The translations under genes and the position numbers were made by a program. A stretch of 46,211 bases of DNA, filler included, from Catajapyx aquilonaris (taxonomy: Eukaryota): the NCBI GenBank assembly GCA_000934665.2. It is 2 parts of 2 records of this genome, joined end to end, with 100 filler letters (N's around TTAATTAATTAA, not from the genome) between each part and the next. Parts side by side here need not be neighbours in the genome. Positions count along the whole stretch, not along the records: positions 1 to 23,070 come from JYFJ02005764.1; 1 more part is not named here. The stretch is one strand, 5' to 3'. Within the stretch, counting starts at the first letter, position 1, and each line of letters begins with the position of its first letter. The notes under the pieces were generated by a model. It was not told the DNA's origin and made no database searches. It saw nothing but the letters and a program-made list of their open reading frames with translations. Positions 1 to 13,033 of this stretch are shown piece after piece.

Positions 1-97
1 GCGTTTCCGGACACGGGTTCCTATGTCAAAAATACTTGTATTGGTCCCCTCTATTACCCCTGAAAATCTTTGCAGAGTTACAATAAACACCCTGTAT
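1..97. mobile_element. Tc1/mariner-type non-autonomous element, terminal remnant (copy 1)
   Basis: Similar to ~1003-1097 (tttcYggacacgggtt..tggtcccctc.attacccc..acaccctg); both end CACCCTG|TA, a mariner-like terminus next to a TA target. Confidence 0.5.
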
Positions 98-346
98 TAT
101 TTATAAATCCGAGTTTCTTCTTGAAAAATCCTCAGTTTTCATTGTTGACAACAACGGTTGCTATGGCAATTCTTGTTATAACTGAGGTTCTAAGTTATAC
201 TGATGAGCTCCATGTAACCAAGAGCTCTTGGTGTAACTGGCCCTTCGACTTTGCAGCTATTTTTAACATAGGCCCATGGGGTATACTAAAAAGAAACAAA
301 TTGAATTTAAATGAATCCCTTGAATAAAGAGTAAGTAGGTGCAATT

Positions 347-601
347 TTTAATAATTAATAATTCATACCCCGTTTATCAGCCATCGGCTCTATAGGGCGG
401 AAGTTTGTTTTGCCTGGAACTCTTTGCTTTTCATTTTACTGTGCTCTTTATGATAGGATAGGGACGGAAGGAAGTGGCTGTGGCCTATTAATTACGGAAG
501 CAACTCCGGAATTGGTCAGAGTTGCCGGCCCTGGGATTTGATCCCAGGACCTCCCGATTAGCAGTCTGACACCACATCCCCTCCTCCAAACTGCTTCGGT
601 C
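347..601 (-). mobile_element. tRNA-derived SINE, copy 1 (internally deleted)
   Basis: Reverse complement begins GACCGAAGCAG, has a degenerate B box (GGATCAAATCCC) and the body motif GGCCACAGCC.CTTCCT shared with the copies at 25981 and 39242. Flanked by a perfect 15-bp TSD TAAGTAGGTGCAATT (332-346, 602-616). Confidence 0.85.
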
Positions 602-1002
602 TAAGTAGGTGCAATTAATATTTCCTAATGTTTTCTCAATCGCTGCTTTAGATTTTGAGGCTACTGCCAATCTAGGACTACAAAATGCATGAAAAGCACT
701 ATAACCACTCCAAAAGTAACAGAAAACAATACACCCATGTAAAATGCTGTTGAAACACACATCTTTCTTCTGATTCATCAGTCAGTGTCTGTGTCCTTGT
801 TAATTACAGATAATATGTTGTTTACTATTCACAGGCTACCTAGCAAGTGCGCTTTATTTGCTAAGTGGGTCTGTTGTTGCCAGGCTATTGTGCATCGTGC
901 CATTGTTCACTATCTGCGTGCCACCTAGCAACTAAATGGTCCGCTCGCCTATCTCCTCCTCCCTGATGCGCCTGAGCGCACCCATTGTCCCCCTCTAGAT
1001 GG

Positions 1003-1097
1003 CATTTCTGGACACGGGTTTCTATATGAAAAATATTTGTCTTGGTCCCCTCGATTACCCCTACAAGCCTGTCCCAAATTACAGCCTACACCCTGTA
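1003..1097. mobile_element. Tc1/mariner-type terminal remnant (copy 2)
   Basis: Diverged direct copy of 1-97, ending CACCCTG|TA. Confidence 0.5.
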
Positions 1098-1454
1098 TAC
1101 AGAGGCCCTGTAAGTAATTTTTCAATATAAAGTAGACCATCAGTTTCTTCACCCACCTTCCATGTATAAATAAAGCCTGAATGAGATGTATACTAAGCAC
1201 TTGAAAAAACGTATGTAGGAAGTACCAACAACCCAAATTGGAACATATTGGGCTGTAGCTAGTTTTTTCATGGGGCTTCCATTATTCAGCTGAGATATTG
1301 CAGGCTCACAGATGTAGCATCACATACCAGACACTTTATCAAGCACATTGCAAACCTGAAAGTGAAAATGGCTTCATTTGTTTGCCAGTCAATTTTTGAA
1401 AATCAGGCATATCAATAAAAAGCGTCCCACTTCGTCATCTACCATGGTCTACAG

Positions 1455-1724
1455 CAGCGGTTCTCAAACTGTGTTCCGCGGAACCCTAGGGTTCCGTGAC
1501 ACCAGCGTAGGGGTTCCGCAAAAGATAGGGAAAATATAAAAAATCAATTTTTGTACCTAAAAAACAATAGCATGATTGGCTTGAAAAAAAAATTAACATA
1601 ACCTTGCCCTAATACTTATAGGTATTCCTAGCACAAATTATGAGTTATGATTAGGGTTCAGGGTTCCGCGAAAGAATTATGAGGTAAATAGGGTTCCGCA
1701 GCCCAAAAAGTTTGAGAACCGCTG
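1455..1724. mobile_element. hAT (Charlie/Buster-like) MITE
   Basis: TIRs CAGCGGTTCTCAAAC / GTTTGAGAACCGCTG, perfect 8-bp TSD GTCTACAG (1447-1454, 1725-1732) and repeated subterminal GGGTTCCG motifs. Confidence 0.92.
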
Positions 1725-2447
1725 GTCTACAGTATGAATCTGACAAAATGGAAACTGAAAATTGGAATTGGTATTTCCAGGACAGCATACAGTAAGCTCT
1801 AGATATAACAGACTTAAAAGAACCACATAAATCAGAACGCTAGACTGAGGTCTGTTATAGCTGAGGCTGTTCTTTCATGAGTCAATTGTAATTTTGCAGT
1901 AGAGCAACCAACAAGAGAGAGAGAGAGTGATCCCCAAAAGTTAGTCTCTTCAAAAATTAGTTTTAGTTTAGTTGTTCCCTGAAATAAGTGAAAATACCTG
2001 GGAAAATACTTACACATTCCTTTTCACCCAGTAAATGCATTCATCCTTTTTAATGTCAGTGTCGTCATAGAACCAGCAGGGCAACATCAGCTGTATTTTT
2101 GAGGAGAGAAAATGGTGTGTTCTTCAAACTAAGCCCAAGGTCTGGTTATCTACAATTCACATTGTCTCCAATTTGGAAGTATTCATTCGTGCAGGTGTTA
2201 GGATTCCCATCCCCATCAGCCTATGTTTGTCTGGCCACCTAAAAAATAATTGAGTTAAAAATAAATAGCACTTTACATTATAATATTGTACATGCATTTG
2301 CCTGGTTCTTCACCAACACCAATGATATCATCAGTTTTCAAAATCTGCTAGCAGCCACTGACTTCCTCTTGCCACAGACATCTCACTTCATCTTTGGGCC
2401 TCATGCGTTGCTCATCTACAGTCAAAAGCGTTCTTCTGCATGGTCGG

Positions 2448-2828
2448 TTACATCCTCCTGACTGTGGAAAGCAAGCTTCTCTTTCTTCTCCTATGCTTTT
2501 GATGCGAATAGGTGAAGGCAGCACTCGTGTCCATGGTGGAGAACCCTTGTGCCGATGCTTCCTGCAACATGCTTGCTTCATGGTTGGTACCCATCATGAG
2601 CAAGTCCTGCAAACCACCAGAGTAATGTCACTATGCGCCTCCTGAGCACTGCCAGTACTTTCCTCACGTCATGCAAGAGACTGCCCACCTTGAGTCATAC
2701 CTCCATGAAGGCCAAGGTACAACGAAGTGAACGAACTCGAAGCAAGCTCGAAGAGACCTCCTCGTGTCTCGCCTCCGCCTCAGACAGCATCAAACATGGC
2801 CTCTCTTTCTGCTCATCAGTTGCGCCAT
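2448..2828 (-). CDS. Possible last two exons of a small uncharacterised gene
   Basis: Candidate exons 2828-2701 (ggacag|..TLAFME|gtatga) and 2606-2448 (ttgcag|DLLMM..TVRRM*), phase-compatible and more GC-rich than flanks. No recognisable domain and no start exon found. Confidence 0.25.
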
Positions 2829-3178
2829 CTGTCCCAAAAGGATGGATGTGAGCTTGGACACCCGCCAATTACAAACGTATGACGGGACAGAGGCTAACAG
2901 AGACTGGCCTTGAAACTTGGGAAGACAATTTGCACTTTGACGAGTCAAAATAAAAAAAATAACTCGCAAATCAAGATTGGATAACCCGAGATAACTGGAT
3001 AACTCGCAACTGTATTGTACTCACAAATATCCTGCAAATATCAGAAGCGAAAGTAAATTCCTACTGTAACATTATCTGCATAATTGAGTTTATATTGAGT
3101 AATTATGAACTTAGTATTTGCACTTATGGTAACCAGGTATACTAACGTGATTCACTTGAAATTTTTGTATCGGTAACA

Positions 3179-3538
3179 CAGTTGAATCCAGATATAACAA
3201 TCTTCAGGCAAGTCTTCAAGAGACCGATGAAAAAGTCGGTTATAGCCAAATCGTCACTTTTGTAACGAAAACAGAGATTTCTGCTTTCCATGTGGCTGTA
3301 ATGCACACTACTATACATACTGATTAGTGAAATCCATCAAAAACGCAATATTAGCTCATTTTTGCCAATTTTATACCAGAAAAGGCATATTTCCCCCAAG
3401 AAATGGTCTGTAACAGCCGATGTGAAGTGAAAATGAGTCTGTTATACAATATCAAGAGTAAAAATACACGGCCGTGTGGAATGGAAGTAAGCCTTTCGAG
3501 TCGGCTATAACTGAGGCTGTTATATCCGGATTCAACTG
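3179..3538. mobile_element. Tc1/mariner (pogo/Tigger-like) MITE
   Basis: TIRs CAGTTGAATCCAGATATAACA / TGTTATATCCGGATTCAACTG, right end followed by TA. Related end fragments at ~36792-36840 and ~42330-42390. Confidence 0.8.
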
Positions 3539-3640
3539 TAGTTCACACAACAATCATCATCAACAACAACAAATAACAATAACAGCAACAGGAGCAGCAG
3601 CAGCAACAATGCATTAAAATTAATAAATAGCCATCAGTGT

Positions 3641-3645
3641 AAAAA
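3641..3645 (-). terminator. Pol III terminator (T5) of tRNA-Asn
   Basis: TTTTT on the minus strand 4 nt past the tRNA 3' end. Confidence 0.7.
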
Positions 3646-3649
3646 GAAG

Positions 3650-3723
3650 CGCCCCCGGGTGGGCTCGAACCACCAACCTTTCGATTAACAGTCGAACGCG
3701 CTAGCCGATTGCGCCACGGAGGC
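3650..3723 (-). tRNA. tRNA-Asn (GTT)
   Basis: GCCTCCGTGGCGCAATCGGCTAGCGCGTTCGACTGTTAATCGAAAGGTTGGTGGTTCGAGCCCACCCGGGGGCG, 74 nt, full cloverleaf, anticodon arm TTCGA-CT[GTT]AA-TCGAA, intact A and B boxes. Confidence 0.97.
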
Positions 3724-6700
3724 TTCCTTGTAATGGTACGGAAAGACATATCAGCCTACCCGGTACCACACATGATTGCATCAGACCTGGCCGGCGACGG
3801 ACGAGCTGTATTGGAAAAAAGAGTGCTGTTTCCCCCGCCTTTAGATATACCTGAGCAAAGTGCTGTGAAGTCTCAGAAATGGAAATTTGCTATGGAAATT
3901 CGATTCAAAACATTCACCCTATAGTGATCGTAAGTAGGGAATAAAATGCAGGTCACTTTTGTAATAAACTTTATTCCACTGATAGGATTACACAGAGAAC
4001 ATGCTAAAGGAGTGGTAGTTGTACAATGCAAAAGCGAAAAGCGAGTCTGCCGAGACGCGCCTCTTTTTTTAAAACTCCGTTTTTGTTTTTGTTTTTTTTC
4101 GGGGGGTGTGTCCATTATTTTCAAACCATTTATTTCTCGAAGAGGTCGCAGGTGGGCGAGTATCGGCGGGCTCAACTCGTTTTATTACTATGAACCTTAT
4201 ATTATACTTTTTGTCTTTATATAAATTCCCCTCCTGCACAAAAAGAAACAACGTTTTTTGGGTCATAGAGACGGCCAAGTGGGAGACAGCAGGTGTAAAC
4301 CAAAAAAGACAAGTCGGGGAGAGAGCATTTGGAGAGTAGTTATGGACTATTTCTTTTTTCGGTTTTTTAAAAGCGGGTCTAAGCCAGCACCTGCCACACC
4401 AGGATTGACCTGGCGAAAAACAATCAATCGAAATTGCAATAAATATATTATTATAGGCGCTGCTCGCAACAAAACCACAACACAGAATGTATACGGGGGT
4501 GTAGAGTTGGTCGTACTGATAACGGCACGTCAGAGTCAACAAACAAGAGTGGACATCACCAGTAAAATATTCTGCTTGGAAGAAGAAGAAAAAAATCTGT
4601 TTCAAATATAACGCCTACGGCACGGACACAGTAAACGCTACGTGGATTAATAATTAATCGAATAATAATAGGAGAACACGATGTTTCCCAAAAAACGGAA
4701 GAACGGTCAACAGCACGCGGTAACTACTGTACGGAAAAAATCGGATTATTCCCTCCCATCTCCTCCGGTTGTATTTTTGGTCTGCTTAAAAAAATTCGGC
4801 TCTATTTATTGCTGGTCCAATATGAGATATGTCAACTCTGGAGAGGACCACAGTATGTGATTGGTATTAGACGCATTGGTTTATTGCCTTGAGAAGATTA
4901 GGAGGAGATGAGAAGCGGGAGCTGAAGACAAAAAACTGGAGATGACCGTGGTCATCAGTACTGGTGGCAAAAAGACGGGTTTGACTGGGTTTCAGGTGTA
5001 TTATTTTTAAATATCCAACGCAAATCTCTCCCTTTCCGTGTGGAAAAAAAAAACTATTCAACCCCCACTGGGAATTAAAAGCAACCAGCCTAACGCTTAG
5101 GTAGCTTCTTCTTTTTTTCTCCCTCCCTTTGTTATGAAAACATGCATGAGACAACAACGATGATTGGTTTGCACTGTACAAGTAACCAGCAGTAGACATC
5201 AACTATAGAATAGAGGAGGGAGAGGGAACAAAGTATATCAGGCAGGTGTGGATAGAAATAGATAGATAGAGATGGGGGGAGAGAAAAAAAACATTCAAGT
5301 GCCAACAATCGTCATTGTCCCGAGCAAAATCTGGCAACAGTTGGCAGCAAGAGGAATAATATTGCAGCGGTGAGAAAGGAAACAACGGGCAGCTTTTGGT
5401 CTCGAAAGTTGCGATAAAGGAATTCTGTTCAAAGGAGAGAAAAAGAAATAAGCACGTATCCCGCATTGGCCTAAAATATTCATCATTCGTTTCTTTTTCT
5501 CTCTTCGCTTCCTAAAAATGTACGGGATATTACAACCTTTTTTTTTTAAACAGGCGCAGTTCTCAGGACAAGGATGAGAATCTGAGTTTTTCTTTTTGTA
5601 CAAAGGGCTGGTTTGAGACCTTGTTTTGAGAACTGTGCCATTGATTGATAATGGGTGTGTGGGCTTTGTTACGTTTTAAGTGCACATCTCTCGCTTATGG
5701 ATCCTTATTCCTCCTCGTTCCTTTGCCAAGGGAGAAAATACATCGTATACTCAGACTCTGTCACGGTAGAAACGTAAGACAATCATTGGCTACATGCAGC
5801 TCTACCTACGCAAGCAATTTTCTTTTCTGTGGGCCTACTCAGCACATAGGACTTATTCTTTCTTTATGTGATTTTTTTCACTTTTGTACCAAGCATTTAC
5901 GTTGCGCTAAGAATAATTGATGATAAGAATAATAATAGTGGCATGTATTCTCTAATAGTATTGTAATAGTAACAGTAGTAGTATAGGAGTATTAGTAGTG
6001 GTAGTATTAGTATTAGTAGTAGATTCCCCGGGCCCACGCGTCCAAATCATCGAGAGGCCACCGCAAAAAAATATCTATTTTTCTCATCCTTGCAGATGTA
6101 GTTTCTCATCAATCATTATATTACAGGCTCTAATAGTTAATTGCAATAGTAATAGTTTCATCTGTTAGGTATAATTGTGGGGTTGGGGAGGTTTCAAATT
6201 TGCACCGTGACACTGACTATGACATCATAGAGCTGGGCGACCTGGCTCGATTGGGAAACGCGGCATCAAACTAACACTGTTACAAATTTGTTCAAACTGT
6301 CTTTTGTTGATCCATTAGGAAACAATCGCCTCATGTGTATGTATGTATGTGTTTCTATTTTTTTTAACGGTCGTTACCGGATTGCGCCCCATCTGATGCG
6401 ACGAGTCAGTGGAGATAACGAGTGGGGCGTAAAAATACAAGAGGTGATGGGCTTTATTTTTAGGGGGGGTTAGTTAGTTACTTAGTTAGTTAGGGTGATG
6501 AGTATTACAGGCACAATCTCTCCGCTTCACCAGCGAGCCTCGCATTCCAACATGGCTTATACTTATACGCACACCTGGCCAGAAAAAAAAACAACAATCG
6601 AGTGTACGCATGTCAAAAATTCCATATCACACCACCCACGAAGCAGCCTACAAAAATTACACAGCTTTGCTCCACACTAGACTCACCTACGATACAAAAA

Positions 6701-9700
6701 CACGTTCAAAACATGGTACAATATTAATGTTGAAAATAAGGCAAGTTTTATATCACTGCTAGACCTTTCCTAGACTAAATTTAGCCGACTAGAGTGTGGA
6801 AAAACTTGCATGCACTTGTAATTCTCCCTAATTCAACTACACTTGTAACTTAGGCAGGTGACAATCAACGAACGAATGACGGAGTTGAGGAGCAACACTG
6901 GTTTTTTTCCCCCATTTTTATTCCTTTCTCGCGCTCTATTTTTGTGTCATTGTCACCTCTCTTTTTTTTTTCTTGTTCCTTTCAGTTTGAGCAGAGGGGC
7001 CGGATCCAACTAGCCGAAAAAGAAACGGATTGATTGATTGACTGGGGTTGGCACAGTCCTCGCCAAAAAAAAAAAGGTTTTGACCCAATAACAGAGGGTA
7101 CATTTATCTCGGGAGCTGCATCTCTTTACAATAAGATAGGCCTACTGTCTCTCAGTCTGCGAGTTTTTGTTCGACGGTCTTTACAACCGGTTTCTCGGAC
7201 CAAGAGCAATTATATTAATACTAAAATACTGGTGCTCCACCAACAAACACAAAAAATTGTACACCGATGAAAAATAACACGCTCAAAATCCCCCCTCCTC
7301 TCTTCTCGCAACACCAATAGTAATAATAATTATTTAATCCCCCAGACAGCTCAAATAATTAACTACTCTAATATGTTACAGTTGTTATAAATATCACAGG
7401 GCGAGAACGTAGGGTCATTAGCCAACTGGGCGAAGAAAAAAAAATTAACAAAAATCTTTGGAAAAAATCTTTGGCCACGAACATAACATTCCGGTTCATT
7501 AATAAAAAAATTGCATTGTTAATTGTTAAGAATAATAACGTAACATAAAAATGTACTCTCCCCTCCCATTCCCCGAAGACGTTGTCTTCTACTCCGTTTG
7601 CTCATTGGAAGACGTGCGAACGTAATATTCTTTCCTTCTGGTTGGATGGGAAAAGCAAGAGAGAAAGCAACAGAAATGAGTTAGGCCTAAGCGGTCCTAT
7701 TATTTCTTATAGATTATAATAATATTATTATTTATGCTTTTTTGTACCTCCGAGACCAACTTAACTGCCCCATTTTCATTGGGTTGGCACATGACCCTAG
7801 CAACAGGACAATACCAGAATATTATCAATAAACATGACGACCCATTACAGTCGTGGAATAATCATTGCGATTACCGTACCGAAAAAAAAATTCGTATTGC
7901 TGTGACGCCACAAACGCTTTTTTTTGTTGCAGTCTTTAACTGACAATGTCTCCTCCCCCGTTTCCACTTGTTTCACTTTTTCTAAGCCTATGGTATAGAT
8001 GCAGACGGATGGACACTTGTTAATATTGAAATCAACATGGCGGGTAATTATTTGTAAACAAAAAAAATGTGCAATGCGTTTGTCTCCCGGAGAAACCAAC
8101 CAACCAATCAGCTATCCAACCAACCAACAAACGAACAAACAAACATCAACAGCTGAACCAAAAGTGAGGATGGGAAAAACAGAAATGCAAAAAAAAAATA
8201 ATATTGAGATCGTTGGATAGATGACGACACAAAGCGAGGTTTTCCCGTCACTTATTTGTTTTTGGTTACATATCACTTTCACTCACACATACGCTCCATG
8301 ATTATTATTTTTTTTCAATTCTCTTTGGAAGAGTTGGTTGGTTCTCCATGGGTTCGTCGTCTTCCTCTTCGGGCCTTTCCTGTGGGCGTGTATGAAAACC
8401 AATCCCCATCTCGCGCCACAACACAACAAAATACGTAATAATTAGTTGCCAGAAACATAACTTTTTCCAGTTTTTTGTGTGGTGCGTAGGAACTCGTGTA
8501 ATAATTCTACGGTATTGGTAGTCGTTCAGAGCGTGGTTTTGGTCCTTTTTCTTACATAAATAAAATTATGCAGGCTGCGTTGCCAGTTTCTTTTGCATTG
8601 TAAATCCAGTGGGGTGTGTGGTCAAGGGTTCAAGTTTGGCTTGAAAAAGGCTGACGGAGTGCAAGAGGAAGAAAAGGAGCCACCAAACTAGTCATGAAAA
8701 AAACAAAGTATCCAAGAAACAGGCAAGAACTGCATGGGCTACGTTTATCTATGGACACAAAGTGTTGTGTTGGAAATAACTGTAGGTTAATGGCTTCTGC
8801 TATGGGTCCATTGTATGTTTTTTTTAAAAACCTAGTTGTAACACTACTAAACACCATGTGAGTGGAAACCACGTGTGTACATACACACCCATACATTCGC
8901 ACTAAAGGAATCGAGGGAAAAGTGGACTGATTTTATATTGTTAGGTTCATGTTCGTGACTATTGAATCGCGTGCTTATTACTGTGTTGATCTACTCCAAG
9001 TAAGTGACACTATCATTTCTGTTCTGTTCATGTTATAAATGTGGTTTTGAGCAATCCCTGGGCCGACCGGATTGGCTCCCCTGCCAAATATTAAATAAAA
9101 GAGTAATCCCATGCGTGTAAAACCACCTCCGAATATTCGTTGTCATCATGACGCGAGACTTGCCCACTCGCAGGCCTAAGAACTTGAGCAAAGATGGTCT
9201 GAAAAAACCAGTTTGCTAGTTGTGGTCCCTAAGGCCATTCACAGCCTAACCTCGCTTCTGTATCAACTCAAAATTTTTGATATAATATACACCATCTCGA
9301 AAATGAATGCCTGAAGTGTATTCGGGTCTATCGTGTACAAAAATGTGGTGATGCTTTGTTATGAGGGGGGAGTGAGGGATAAATTACGACTGAGCTGAGA
9401 CGAAACATTGTTGATGAGTGGGCAAAAACCGGGTATACTGTAAGTATCCGCTGCGGTCAAAGTGACATGATATTTCTCTGGCCTCCTTACACAACCATTG
9501 ATATCAGAATAAATTGCACTATTATCATGGCAGGTAGAGCGACCGTATTGGCCCAGGTGTATGCTCCATATGATACAGTCCACTTCTCTTCTCCTCAGAA
9601 AAACGTAAAACGCACCCGATTCCCCAATCCCGATAAAAATAAAGAGCGCTTGCTGGCAGTTAGGGCCTAGCTTGATCTCTCTCCTCTCCATGTTACAGCT

Positions 9701-11570
9701 TAACGGAAAAACGCAACAAATTAAAGTGCTCTCTAAAATGAATAATAAAATAAATGTAATCATATTACAGAGAGGAACTCATGGAACACGCACCACACGT
9801 ACTCTCGCACATACGGTATTATTATTATTTTTTTAAGTACACACAGCACACAGATCGAGGACCAATACTCAATCGACTTGGATCCCACGCCATGAACAAC
9901 GGGGGCTTGGAAAATGGTATCACAGCTAATGCATTTTATCTGTTAATCAGTTGCAGCGCAAATCCAGCCCAAATCTGTCTGCGTCCGTGCATCCCAAGTC
10001 TTATATGCACACACGGATATACATGGTTCAAAAAAATTGTGGAGGGGTTGGGGGTTGGGGGAGATCTCCTGTGGTACATTGGAACCTTCTGAGATAGGAC
10101 AGGCTGATACCATTCACAGCAAAGACACTGCCAGTTTATAAATATTGTTCAAATGCATCTGAGTCATTAACCAAGTCTTGATTGTCAATCGGCTGTTCAG
10201 GACTGCTGAATGTGCAGAATCAGAGCACAGTGTTGTGTCCCAGGTTTAAATGCTTTCAAGTTGCAGGTAATTGGTTACCGGAAGGGTTTCGGGTCTGATT
10301 GTGGTCCAAGGGCACCCCTGTAGGGGGGTTGGGATATAAACACCAGGAGCTTTAATATTGTGTGTGGGCGACATTCACAGAACCTAATCTCTAAGAGCTG
10401 ACGACTCATTCTGCCAGTATAATTATGTATGTGACGTGTGCTGAGATATAACAGTACTAATTGTCCAGCTGCAGTGCCATAGAGCACAAGGTAATCATTT
10501 ATTACTTGAAACTGTTTTAAATGGGGCTTCTTGAATACTTGTTGCTTGTAGGCGATGAATCGGGAATATGCAAAACAAGTCAGCTCCTCATGTCGACTGT
10601 AAATTGTGATTATGAATGCTACAGTGGTCCTGGTCTGACATCGGATTTGGTTATTACTATTTCAGTATATGGACTTCAGGCTGTGGAGATCCTACTCAAT
10701 AGCGGCATAACTGAAATAAGCAAGGTTGTTCAGACAGCAGTTGGGTGTATGTGTGTGGTGTGGATGTATGGTACTTAACTAGGCGGCTACTTGGTCAATG
10801 CCTCAGAGTGGCTGTTGTTTCATTAAGAGAGCTAAGGTGAATGTTGCAGCATTAAAATATTGAATGTACCGTACCTATATGTACTGTCGCAGTCGCGACA
10901 GTTTTCGCTACATATGTGTTATATCACTTGTATCACGGTCAGGAACAGTTGCATTATGGCATGTAGGCTTGAAGTAAGGAACATTACGGTTCTCTCAGAA
11001 GGCTCCAACGATCCGAAGGCATATAATTATATCTGCTGCGACCAGGTATATTGTAAGAATAACCCGGGTAGGGAACTGTACCAACTATTGTTGTGTATGT
11101 ATGCATTGACATCATGTGGTAAAGAGAGTGTTGGTTGGCTCGTCCCTTGGGCAGGGCGAAGATGGATTTGGATCTGGACCTGGGGCTGGTTGTAGTAGAT
11201 CTGGTTCTGCTGCTTGCGAAAAGGCAGTAAGAAGCTGCAGTGACTATGAAGAATTCTGGGGTGGGGGTGGGGGGAGGGGGTTGATCAGGTATTAACTGTC
11301 TGTTTTAGACTGTCCGTCTGATCAGAGGGCGTCCAAGAGACCGTCCAGCCAAGAGTCGAGGAGGCCCTGGGGCGGCCTAGTGGCAGAGGAAGGGTGGTAG
11401 GAGTGGTGGGACAGAGATCCGGCACTGGCGGCTGCGGCTGCCGCTGCCAACACGTGGTGATGGTGATGGTGGTGGTGGGGTCCGTTGCCCGATGCTGTTC
11501 CCGCTCCTCCTCCTGTTGTTGTTCCCGACCCCGACCCGGCCCCTGCCCCGGAGCCACCCCGTCCCTTGCC

Positions 11571-12658
11571 TCAGGGAGCAGCCGTGCCCGCTCCGCCCTG
11601 GGATGGCCCCGGCAGAGCGAACCCCAGGGCGGCCCTTGGGTCCGTGTGCAGGCGTAGGGCTTGCTCTAGGCGTTGTTCTTGCAGTCTCAGCGCTTCACTC
11701 AAGGTGTCAGCTGCCGTCTGCTGGTGCGACCCTCCCGACGCCGCTGCCGACGCCACCGACGCTGCCGCCGCCTGACTCACCGCCAGCCGGAGGGCAGCCT
11801 CGGCCTGGCTCCTCAACAGCGCCTCCGCCTGCATCCGCATCGCTGTTTCCGACGGCGCCAGCATCGCTGCAGCCTCTGCAGCACCCAAGCTCCTCATCAC
11901 CTGCGTGACAAAGAAAGACAACAATCAGCAACATTTCTTTTGCATTCCTGTTGTTTATTTAGCTCTTGGTCTCTGACCTGTTCGGCGGTTTGTTGACCTC
12001 CGACACGCATACCCCCGTCTGAAGGTCCGCTGAGCCGTAGTGGACTTTCGGACTGGCCCAGACCGAGCCTCCCCGCTCCCCCTTCGACACCACCGACTCC
12101 CCCACCTCCTCCTGCACCACCCCCACCACTGCCTCCNCCCCCACCACTGCCTCCTCCTCCTCCTCCTCCACCGCCGCCGCCGCCGACTCCTCCACCTGCT
12201 CCTCCACCACCTCCGCCGCCAACTCCCCCGACACCCACACCGCCGACGCCGACGCCCCCGACGCCCCCGACGCCGTGAGGGTGGGAGTGGGCGTGCTGAG
12301 CGTGGGCGTGCGTGGGCGCGGGGGTGTGTCCATGTGAGCTACCCCCACTTCCCCCTCCACCCCCTCCTCCTCCTCCTCCTGTACCTCCTCCTCCGGTGCC
12401 CACCACCTGGTCGACATACCGTTGTAAGTCACCACGAATGCCACCGCCAAACTTGAACCTGGTTACCTTGTCTCCATGCACTAAACCCGCCAGGCCCACG
12501 GGACCTCCTGACCCCGCTCCCGACCCCAACCGTCCGTCTTGTTGCTGCTGCTGTTGCTGCACCGCCGCTGCTGCCGCAGCCGCCACCGCCGCCGCCTGTT
12601 GGGCCGCCTGCTGAGCCGCCTGCTGAGCCGCTGCTACCGCCGCCACCGCCGCCGCCGT

Positions 12659-12691
<33 letters not shown>

Positions 12692-12993
12692 TTGTTGCTG
12701 TTGCTGTTGCTGTTGTTGCTGTTGCTGTTGAGATTGTTGTTGTTGCGGGGTGTTGCCTCCTCCTGGCGTTCCTCCTCCTGCTGCTCCGCCACCGTTGGCT
12801 CCTGAAGACACGGAGGCCGCCGAGACGGCTGCTGCGGCCGCGGCTGCAGCCAGTATGCTATCCCGCTCTCTCCTCTCGGCTGCGGCTCGGCTCAGCACAT
12901 ACTGCGCCGCGAACTGATGCTTTGGGTCCATCCGCATGTGCTCCATGTGGTTCAGTAGCCCTGTCCGGGGGAAAAAGACGGTGAGACGTGCGC

Positions 12994-13033
<40 letters not shown>

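Noticed and set aside
3873..11195. Numerous 60-180 aa ORFs
   Set aside because: No domains, low-complexity F/K-rich composition and no coherent splice pattern; consistent with chance ORFs.
11394..12805. Overlapping plus-strand ORFs (poly-L, poly-P, poly-R)
   Set aside because: Antisense shadows of the GC-rich low-complexity exons of the zinc-finger gene.
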